32,000 bases of DNA, taken from Calothrix sp. NIES-2098. Its GTDB lineage: Bacteria > Cyanobacteriota > Cyanobacteriia > Cyanobacteriales > Nostocaceae. The translations under genes were made by a program, and so were the position numbers. Each line of letters begins with the position of its first letter. Position 1 is the stretch's first letter. Positions 24,516 to 32,000 of the stretch are shown here, piece by piece. The notes below the pieces were generated by a model. It had not been told where the DNA came from. It worked only from the letters and a program-made list of their open reading frames with translations, and did no database searches. The stretch lies in contig AP018172.1 of NCBI GenBank assembly GCA_002368175.1, positions 8,574,327 to 8,606,326 of the forward strand, written 5' to 3'.

Positions 24516-24979
24516 CTAATTTCTCCACAAACGTTTTCAGATGCTCATATCCTGTCTTGTTTTACTGATAACTGGCATCAGAAAATTGGGGAGAATGTAA
24601 CCTAGAAAAATGGCTAGTATCGAAGCGCAAAATTTGCAATAGCCTCTAAAACAGTTGCAACACTTAATTAATGCATTCTAGATCAAAGTATTTCAATGCC
24701 TTCTGATTATTTACAATATTACTCAAAATTTAAACTGGATAAATCAAAACCTTGCCCAGAGAGGTGATTCACAAATATGCATATATTAAAAATCAAGTAA
24801 TAACCTTACATGCAAGTAAATTTATTTATATTATTTGGGTTATTTAATTAATATTAAAAACAAGCAAAATCAATTTAAACTTTATTGCTATCTTATCTAT
24901 CTTGATTAAATCATAATTATTATAATTCAGCATTCAGTAGCCAAAATTTAGGAGTGGTCTATTAAACATCAAAAGTCTC

Positions 24980-25017
24980 AGATACCCAACTTATTCAAGA
25001 ATTCGGGTATCTTTTTG
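24980..25017 (+). terminator. Isolated terminator-like hairpin in the AT-rich spacer
   Basis: AGATACCC-N17-GGGTATCT is followed by TTTTTG. No ORF lies upstream of it on the + strand. Confidence 0.25.
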
Positions 25018-25959
25018 TTCATAGCTCATTTATGACTGTGATAGGGGCTAAATTGTAAAATTCAGCGCCCAATATTCAGAACCCAAAATCCTGAATTCCT
25101 ATAGGAAATTAATTCTTTAAATCTTCTAATTCCTGAATTCTCTCTTCTGAATTTTGACTCTAAATCTGCTAATTTTATAGTTTTAGCATCAATATAAACA
25201 CAAGAAAGTAAGTCATCTTTTTTATAAACTTTATGTAAAAAATAGCACATTCTATCTTTGCTTGACAGAATTACTCAGAGAATTGTAAATTTTAATTGAG
25301 GTATTTATATTTCTTGTTAGTTAAATAGTTTACTAAAAAAGGTGAGAAATAGACGAGATAATTTACTACTTATAGAATATTTGTTAAAAAAAAATAGCAA
25401 ACTAATAGCTGTTAGCTCATAGTAATTATGTTAACTCACTGTCTATCAATTTACAAGCTTGATATTAACATAATATCTATGGTAAATTTTCCAGGTATTG
25501 CCAAGCTGAGATGTCAGATTTGGCGATCGCAGCAATTGTGGGTTGCCAATAAACCATCAATATTAACGAGAAGTGTTGCAATTTTTATTGCAATATTCAC
25601 TCCGATAGGCCAATATCTAACAGATTTTGTCATGCAATATTTAAGAATAGCGAACCAACGATTAACAGTTATTCTTCAAGTAAAATTTACAATTTTGTGA
25701 AGAGGATGATTTACTGACAAAAATCCCACTATTATACTAATTTCTACCTATTTTCTAGTAAGCTATTAAATTATCGATCTCAAATATCTAATGATTTTAG
25801 ATGATTTCAGACGAAATTAGGCAAAAATATCAGATTTTTTGATTCCCTATTGGTTTTGGCAGGCTTGTAGTTCACTTTTCTATTTTCATTAGGAATTGGC
25901 TGATTAATATTAACGACTTGGGTTGGGTATACCAATTGACTAAAAGGTAAAAATGATAT

Positions 25960-28932
25960 ATGAATAATGGACTTCATGCCGAGAAAAATGGGATGAAATC
26001 AACATACCATCCCCCTGCTTTAAATTCACCATTTACTCTTGATATCGCTCGCGGTTCTGCTGCGGAAAATATTGCGAATACTCAAAATAACAAAAGTACA
26101 TCTCACACAGAAAAGAAATCTTTATTGCAGAGATTTTATAACCTTTCTCTTAGCCGCAAACAACTAATTGCTTTAATAGTATCTGAAGTCATTACTATTT
26201 TAGGACTCAGCGTAGTAAGTAGATGGTTAATTAGTCACAATTTTCAAAATACATTGCTTGAACAAGCAAAGTCAGAATTGGCTGTTACAGATATTAATTA
26301 CAATATTCAGATCGATGAGATGGGATTGGTATCTCTTAGTCAATCTGATAACCCTACAATTATTAAATCTGCGATTTTGCATTCTTCTGGACAAGCAGTA
26401 AGTCAGCGATTGCAAGCCGAAGTCAAGCAAATCCTAGAAAACGAAATCAAAGCTGGAAAAATTGATTATGCTACCCTAGTGGGTAAAGATTTTAAGATTA
26501 TTGCAAATGCCAATGCTAATCGGGAAGCTGAAATTTTTAATCCCGATAATTTAGTGAGTGAAGTATTCAATAATCTTCAACAGATGAAAGCTACGAGAAT
26601 TATTAGTGCATCGGAGCTTAGTCAAGAATTACCTTTGTTAGCGAATGCTCTTAACAATCAAGATGCTCTGATTCGTTACACAGTAACGCCCGTCAAAAAT
26701 CCAACTACACAAGCTGTTGTTGGTGCTTTAGTAACTGGTGATATTGTTAATGGTAAAGACCAGATTGTTAGAGACACATTAAAAGCTACAAATGGCGGCT
26801 ATAGTGCTGTATATTTACGTCAACCAACAGGTGAATTTACTTTAGCAACAGCGTTAGAACAAAGTAAATCTCAGAATTTAGATCGGGCACAAGCTAATAT
26901 CAAATTACCCCAAGCAGCAAAATCTTTCTTAGAAGCAGCAGCAACAGCCAAAGGTAATGTAGTTACTACAAAGTTAAATTTAGGAAACAAAACTTATGCA
27001 ATGGCTGCTAAAGCTGTACCCAATACGATCGTGGAAACAGACGAGCAATCAATCGCTAATTTTGATGAAAAATCGGTAGCTATTTTAGTGAGAGGAACTC
27101 CAGAAACTGCTCTGAGTCAATTGCTACAAAATAATTTTTGGTTAGAATTAATTGCAATTATTTTAGCATTAACACTCATTTTATTTTGGACATTCGTTTT
27201 GAAGCGGGGAGTTGTTCAACCTATCCAGCAGCTAGGGCAAACAGCTAAAAAATTTAATCAAGGCGATCGCGCTGCTCGTACTGAGATTTTTGCTAATGAT
27301 GAAATCGGACAATTAGCTAACACTTTTAACCAAATCGCCGATCGGATGACGCAACAACTCATCCGCCAAGAAAATGAAGCAAAATTAGCGCAAGTCGTCA
27401 ATGAAATTACGGCTCGTTTTCGGGGATCGCTCAACACTACACATATCCTGAATGTAGCAGTCACCAGTATCAGAGAAGCGATCGCAGTCGATCGCGCGAT
27501 CGTCTATCGCTTTGATGACAATTGGCAAGGTAAGATTATTGCCGAATCCGTTGGTAGGGATTGGCCTAAAGCCTTAGGAAAAGAGATTGCAGACCCTTGT
27601 TTTGCCAGTGATTATGTTCATAAATACCAGCAAGGCCGAGTTCAAGCGCTAGAAAACATTTATGCAGCTGGATTAACCGAGTGTCATCTTCACCAACTAG
27701 AACAATTTGCAGTCAAAGCGAATATAGTTGCACCCATTTTGCTCGATAACAAGCTATATGGCTTGCTGATAGCACACCAATGTTCCAGTACTCGGAATTG
27801 GCAACAATTGGAAATTGAGTTGTTAAAGCAAGTAGCAATTCCAGTTGGCTATGCATTAGAGCAATCATATCTTCTAGAACAAATAGAGACAGCTCGTTCC
27901 CGTGCTGAAACTGCTGCTATTGAGCAACGCCAACAAAATGAAGCACTACAAGAACAAATACTCACTCTCCTTAGAGATATTGAAGGTGCATCCCAAGGCG
28001 ATTTGACTGTGCGTTCGGAAGTCACATCTGGAGAACTTGGTACTGTTGCTGACTTTTTTAACTCAATTGTGGAAAGTCTCAGAGCGATAGTCACTAAAGT
28101 CAAAACATCAGCTATCCAGGTAAATACAGCCATTGGCGAAAACGAAGTAGCTATCCGCCAACTTGCGGCCAAAGCACTCCAACAAGCAGACGATATCAGC
28201 CTCAGTTTGGTTAGTGTTGACCAAATGAAAAGTTCGATTGAATCTGTAGCAGAAAACGCGAGAAAAGCTGCCTTAGTTGCTCATCAAGCATCCTGTACTG
28301 CTGAAGAAAATGGCCAAGCTATGGATCTGGCTGTACAAAATATTTTAAAACTGCGCTCAACCATTGGCGACACGGCAAAAAAAGTCAAGCGTCTGGGAGA
28401 ATCTTCGCAACAAATTTCTCATGTAGTGGCCTTAATTAACCAAATAGCTACTCAAACTAACTTTTTAGCGATCAACGCCGGACTTGAAGCCACAAGATCG
28501 GGTGTAGAAGGTGAAGGTTTTGCGATTATTGCTGAAGAAGTTGCTTCGCTAGCAGCTCGTTGCTCTGATGCTACTCAAGAAATTGCCCAAATTGTCGCCA
28601 AAATTCAACGGGAAACTAGTGAAGTTGTCACAGCAATGGAATTAGGAACTAATCAGGTAGTAGAAGGTACTAACATCGTCGAACAGGCTAAAAGTTCCCT
28701 GAGTCAGATTCTTGATGTCTCCAAACAAATTGATGATTTAGTACAATCAATTTCTTGGGCAACATCATCTCAGGTAGAAACATCGCAAGCAGTGAGCAAA
28801 CTAATGCAAGAAATTTCCCAAGTTTCTACACTTACTAGCAACTACTCGCGCCTGGCTTCGCAATCTCTAAAACAGACTTTTGAAATTTCCCAGGAATTAC
28901 AAGCAGCTGTAGAAACTTTCAAAGTCAATTGA
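25960..28932 (+). CDS. Methyl-accepting chemotaxis protein with large periplasmic domain, HAMP, a DXCF cyanobacteriochrome-type GAF domain and an MCP signalling domain (PixJ/TaxD1-like photoreceptor)
   Basis: 990 aa. TM1 is LIALIVSEVITILGLSVVS and TM2 is FWLELIAIILALTLILFWTFVL. HAMP: QPIQQLGQTAKKFNQGDRAARTEIFANDEIGQLANTFNQIADRM. GAF: DRAIVYRFDDNWQGKIIAESV...EIADPCFASDY...GLTECHLHQLEQFAVKANIVAPIL. The highly conserved MCP hairpin is VALINQIATQTNFLAINAGLEATRSGVEGEGFAIIAEEV. Confidence 0.92.
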   Translation: MNNGLHAEKNGMKSTYHPPALNSPFTLDIARGSAAENIANTQNNKSTSHTEKKSLLQRFYNLSLSRKQLIALIVSEVITILGLSVVSRWLISHNFQNTLLEQAKSELAVTDINYNIQIDEMGLVSLSQSDNPTIIKSAILHSSGQAVSQRLQAEVKQILENEIKAGKIDYATLVGKDFKIIANANANREAEIFNPDNLVSEVFNNLQQMKATRIISASELSQELPLLANALNNQDALIRYTVTPVKNPTTQAVVGALVTGDIVNGKDQIVRDTLKATNGGYSAVYLRQPTGEFTLATALEQSKSQNLDRAQANIKLPQAAKSFLEAAATAKGNVVTTKLNLGNKTYAMAAKAVPNTIVETDEQSIANFDEKSVAILVRGTPETALSQLLQNNFWLELIAIILALTLILFWTFVLKRGVVQPIQQLGQTAKKFNQGDRAARTEIFANDEIGQLANTFNQIADRMTQQLIRQENEAKLAQVVNEITARFRGSLNTTHILNVAVTSIREAIAVDRAIVYRFDDNWQGKIIAESVGRDWPKALGKEIADPCFASDYVHKYQQGRVQALENIYAAGLTECHLHQLEQFAVKANIVAPILLDNKLYGLLIAHQCSSTRNWQQLEIELLKQVAIPVGYALEQSYLLEQIETARSRAETAAIEQRQQNEALQEQILTLLRDIEGASQGDLTVRSEVTSGELGTVADFFNSIVESLRAIVTKVKTSAIQVNTAIGENEVAIRQLAAKALQQADDISLSLVSVDQMKSSIESVAENARKAALVAHQASCTAEENGQAMDLAVQNILKLRSTIGDTAKKVKRLGESSQQISHVVALINQIATQTNFLAINAGLEATRSGVEGEGFAIIAEEVASLAARCSDATQEIAQIVAKIQRETSEVVTAMELGTNQVVEGTNIVEQAKSSLSQILDVSKQIDDLVQSISWATSSQVETSQAVSKLMQEISQVSTLTSNYSRLASQSLKQTFEISQELQAAVETFKVN

Positions 28933-29112
28933 TCGAGGGAACAGGAAGAAAAATTTGTCTGAATATTCAGCAACAAATTTATTGATGAAAAGTTCCTTGC
29001 TTCATTGGGTGTAGGCACTATGGCTGAAACCAAGCACCGTACTCCGGTGTTTTAACGTTCAAGCTGGCTTGATCAATGGGTAATATCATGTCCGCTAAAT
29101 TAGTTGCGATAT

Positions 29113-29259
29113 GTCATTGCGAGTGGAACGTAGTGGAACGTAGACGCGTTCGCGAAGCGTTGCCGCAGGCTAGCGGCTTCTCGTTCGACGAAGTCGTTCC
29201 CGAAGGGTAGAGTAGCAATCACAAGGTCTCTGCGATTGCTTCCCTACAGTCGCAATGAC
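29113..29259. mobile_element. MITE-like dispersed repeat (long variant), nested inside a second inverted repeat
   Basis: Terminal inverted repeats are GTCATTGCGAG...GTCGCAATGAC. The 5' end matches the element at 20871. The flanking 12-bp inverted repeat is ATATCATGTCCG (29083-29094) and CGGACATGATAT (29271-29282). Confidence 0.7.
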
Positions 29260-29680
29260 AAGTGTTAAAACGGACATGATATGAGCTTGAATAAAAAACA
29301 TCAAAATGTTGTTCACAAATGCCTGGATATTCTCTATGAATGGCCTGATATTAGCAACGAAGCCTGTTTTTAACTGTGTGTTAGCGAAACACTAGTGATG
29401 TCAGAGCGTCAACATTAAAGGTACTTAGGGAATTTCTGGTGCTTGTCATAGACATTGCACCCAAAGCTTTGAACTCAGTACTCACGAGAATCCGCCATGC
29501 TGGCTTCCTGAACGTCAAACTGCTGTGCGGCAGAAGCTTAATCTTAATCAAAATTCCATTAATTAATAATTAATATTAGTCGAACTACTGAAGTGAATGG
29601 TAAGATAACTCTTTAATCATCAAATTAAAAATTTAATTGGATCTTCCTATATTCTTTTTTAGCTTAATATTACTTGTTCT

Positions 29681-32000
29681 ATGAAGCCGCTTGGTAAAAT
29701 TTTACAACAGGCCGATCTGATTTCATCCGAACAGATAGAGATAGCTCTAAAAGAGCAGAGCCAATTTAATGGATCGCGGCTTGGTGAAATTTTAGCCTCG
29801 CATGGTTGGCTGAAACAAGAAACGGCTGATTTCTTCTCTCAGCAGTGGCCAGCTGTACTAGAGCAAAAACCAAAACAGTCCTTGGGTAAGTATTTACAAG
29901 ATGCGGGACTATTAAATGAGCAGCAAATAGCAACTATCCTCGCAGAACAGCCAGACAAAAAACTTCGCTTCGGAGAATTAGCTGTACTTAAGGGTTGGTT
30001 GAAACCCACTACCATCAAATTTTTTTTAGAAAATCTGGCTTTGGAAGAGCAAATGCAGCATGACGAAATCTCAACACCTAACAGCCTAACGCAGACAGAG
30101 CAGTTGCAGGAATTGATATTACAACAGAAAAATAATATCAGAGCCGCGAACTCAATTGAGCAATCGAGTTTTGATTCTCAATTGGGAGAACAGGAATCAT
30201 CAATGTTAAGACTGTTTAGCCGCAGTACTATTAGATTATTTAAATTAGATGAAAAGGCTAGTCGTCCAGATGTGGTAATGACAGAAGTGCTGTCATGGAC
30301 AAATGGCCAACCGATTCTTACCCAAAAGCTTTGTCGAATGCTAGCAGATTCGCCAGGATTTATTCCCGCAGGTGCAGAAGCCACAACTTTACAACATCTG
30401 GTACAAACTCGTTTAATTTATCATTGGGAAACTCAACTGGCAGCCGAACATTTACAAAGAATACGCGAAAGTATTCTCCAAAATCAGCAATGCGACCCTT
30501 TATCTTTGCTGGAATTGTACCAACAAATTTTACAACAGGGAGAAATTCCCACTAATAATAGTTCCGAACAGATAGAACTTTTGCAAATAGGCTTGGTAAA
30601 GCAAAGACAGAAACAATTAAGAGTCTCAAACCGCATTTACCAATCAGTTTTTGATGCCAATTGGGTGCAGCAGGAAGCAGCAAAGTTAAGACTGTTGAGC
30701 CACAATACGATTAAATTATTCAAGTTAGAAGAAAAAGCTAGTTGTCCAGAAATTTTGATGTCAGCAGTGCTGTTTTGGACAGAAGGACAGCCGATTCTTA
30801 CCCAAAAGCTTTGTCGATTGCTAGCGGAATCACAAGAGTTTATTCCCGCAGGTGCAGAAGCAGCCACAGTTCAACAGCTAGTTAAGACGTGCTTGATAGA
30901 TAGTTGGGAAACTCAACTAGCAGCCGAACATTTACAAGGGATACGTGAAAGTATAATTAATAATCAACAATGCGACCCTTTATATTTGCTGGAATTGTAC
31001 CAACAAATTTTACAACAGGGAGAAGTTCCTACTAATAATAGCCCCGAACAAGCAGAATTATTGCGTTTAAGATTAGTAGTGCAACAACAAGACCAAATAA
31101 GAGTTGCAAATCGGATTTACAAATTAGTTTTTGATACCAATTGGATAAATCGAGAATCAGCAAGATTAAGACTGTTGAGCCGTGGTACGATTCAATTATT
31201 TAAATTAGACGAAAAAGCTATTTCACCGGAGACTGTGCTGTCGGAGATTCTGTTTTGGACAGATGGACAGCCGATTCTGACTCAAAAAGTTTGTCAATTA
31301 TTGGCGGAATCACAAGAGTTTATTCCCGCAGGTGCAGAAGCAGCAACAGTGCAACAGCTAGTCAAGATGCGCTTGATTAATAATTGGGAAACTCAAATAG
31401 CATCTGAGCATTTACAAGAAATTCACTTAGGTATTATCCACAATCGGCAATGCGATCCCTTATTAGTGCTGGAAATATACCAGAAAATTTGGCAGCAAGG
31501 TGAAGTTCCAATCAATGCAAGCCGAGAACAGGGAGAACTATTGCGCTTTGGATTAGCAGTGCAACATCAAGACAAACTGAAATTGGGGAATCGGATTTAC
31601 CAATTGGTTTTTGATCGCGCTTGGGTAGAGCGAGAATTAGAGAAGATACTACTGCCTTCTTTGGCAAAAACAGCCATCTACGAACCTACACCATCAGCCA
31701 ATACTTTGAATGTTAGCAATACTTATACACCTCCCGAACCTGGAGCAGCTAAACGATTTTGGGTGTTGCTGTTAATAGCTGGCTTGATGGTCTGTGGTTC
31801 TGGCTTGATGGTTTTAGGTTTTAGTCTATTTAGATGGTTACAAGTAGAAACAATTTTTAAACGCGGTAACGAGCTATTGCACCAAGGAGAATATCAAAAA
31901 GCGATCGCCAAATACAACAAACTTTTAGAACTCGATAGCAACTACTACCAATCTTGGACTAACCGCGGCTACGCCCTAGCTGGGCTAAAAGACTACAACC
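29681..32000 (+). CDS. Multidomain protein (partial, 3' end off window): two MshEN/T2SSE_N-like motifs, three tandem ~160-aa repeats, a TM helix, then TPR repeats
   Basis: It is absent from the ORF track because it stays open to the window end. Translating codon by codon from the ATG at 29681, I saw no stop to position 32000 (773 codons). The protein reads MKPLGKILQQADLISSEQIEIALKEQ...RLGEILASHGWL...SLGKYLQDAGLLNEQQIATILAEQPDKKLRFGELAVLKGWLKPTTIKFFLENL. It then has three copies of LRL(F/L)S..TI.LFKL.EKA...WT.GQPILTQK.C.LLA.S..FIPAGAEA...CDPL...LYQQILQQGE.P...NRIY..VFD..W. The TM helix is FWVLLLIAGLMVCGSGLMVLGFSLF. A TPR follows (GEYQKAIAKYNKLLELDSNYYQSWTNRGYAL). Confidence 0.85.
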   Translation, partial: MKPLGKILQQADLISSEQIEIALKEQSQFNGSRLGEILASHGWLKQETADFFSQQWPAVLEQKPKQSLGKYLQDAGLLNEQQIATILAEQPDKKLRFGELAVLKGWLKPTTIKFFLENLALEEQMQHDEISTPNSLTQTEQLQELILQQKNNIRAANSIEQSSFDSQLGEQESSMLRLFSRSTIRLFKLDEKASRPDVVMTEVLSWTNGQPILTQKLCRMLADSPGFIPAGAEATTLQHLVQTRLIYHWETQLAAEHLQRIRESILQNQQCDPLSLLELYQQILQQGEIPTNNSSEQIELLQIGLVKQRQKQLRVSNRIYQSVFDANWVQQEAAKLRLLSHNTIKLFKLEEKASCPEILMSAVLFWTEGQPILTQKLCRLLAESQEFIPAGAEAATVQQLVKTCLIDSWETQLAAEHLQGIRESIINNQQCDPLYLLELYQQILQQGEVPTNNSPEQAELLRLRLVVQQQDQIRVANRIYKLVFDTNWINRESARLRLLSRGTIQLFKLDEKAISPETVLSEILFWTDGQPILTQKVCQLLAESQEFIPAGAEAATVQQLVKMRLINNWETQIASEHLQEIHLGIIHNRQCDPLLVLEIYQKIWQQGEVPINASREQGELLRFGLAVQHQDKLKLGNRIYQLVFDRAWVERELEKILLPSLAKTAIYEPTPSANTLNVSNTYTPPEPGAAKRFWVLLLIAGLMVCGSGLMVLGFSLFRWLQVETIFKRGNELLHQGEYQKAIAKYNKLLELDSNYYQSWTNRGYALAGLKDYN
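30206..31645 (+). repeat. Three tandem 480-bp coding repeats
   Basis: TTAAGACTGT starts at 30206, 30686 and 31166, an exact 480-nt period. Long near-identical stretches are shared, e.g. CCGATTCTTACCCAAAAGCTTTGTCGA, TTTATTCCCGCAGGTGCAGAAGC, and TTGCTGGAATTGTACCAACAAATTTTACAACAGGGAGAA in copies 1 and 2. Copy 3 is more diverged. Confidence 0.95.

Noticed and set aside
25062-25700. ORFs 25062-25250 (-) and 25428-25700 (+) in the AT-rich spacer
   Set aside because: Their composition is driven by AT-rich DNA, giving Ile/Lys/Asn/Phe-rich peptides. I saw no motifs and no plausible RBS. They are treated as non-coding.
30178-30867. ORFs 30178-30384 (-), 30295-30555 (+) and 30637-30867 (-)
   Set aside because: They lie inside the long open + strand frame that starts at 29681. 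The two minus ORFs resemble each other only because they are antisense to two copies of the 480-bp repeat.

Overview
The window looks cyanobacterial and probably heterocystous or Nostocales-like. GCGATCGC (HIP1) octamers occur throughout, there are heptamer/nonamer STRR-type repeats, and the CRISPR repeat ends in ATTGAAAC. Positions 1-10.3 kb hold an exopolysaccharide cluster: a Wzc/GumC-like co-polymerase, two GT4 glycosyltransferases, a priming sugar transferase and a CapK/PaaK-like adenylating enzyme. A CHASE3-HAMP histidine kinase and a NarL-type regulator are embedded in it. Positions 10.3-14.2 kb look accessory. They contain a solo HigA-like HTH protein, then a 124-aa ORF with a hydrophobic N-terminal helix and a G/N-rich tail. 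That ORF lies in the same frame as an NB-ARC + TPR STAND (NLR-like) ORF and is separated from it by a single TGA. The TPR part is seven near-identical 126-bp repeats, followed by a non-coding 63-bp tandem array. Next come two tandem zinc-ribbon Ser/Thr kinase paralogs, an orphan 5-repeat CRISPR array with no cas genes in the window, murJ, and an internally duplicated acidic protein. A minus-strand operon follows: a catalytically dead HtrA-like pseudoprotease, an active HtrA-like protease, and a LuxR regulator with a degenerate receiver. After 1.4 kb of AT-rich spacer there is a 990-aa MCP with a DXCF cyanobacteriochrome-type GAF domain, then MITE-like elements. The last gene is partial and has two MshEN-like N-terminal motifs, three tandem 160-aa repeats, a TM helix and TPRs. 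The two best candidates for an undescribed system are the stop-interrupted effector/NB-ARC-TPR locus and the pseudoprotease-protease-pseudoreceiver operon. No tRNA, rRNA, transposase or cas genes were recognised. All homology calls rest on motif recognition by eye, not on searches.
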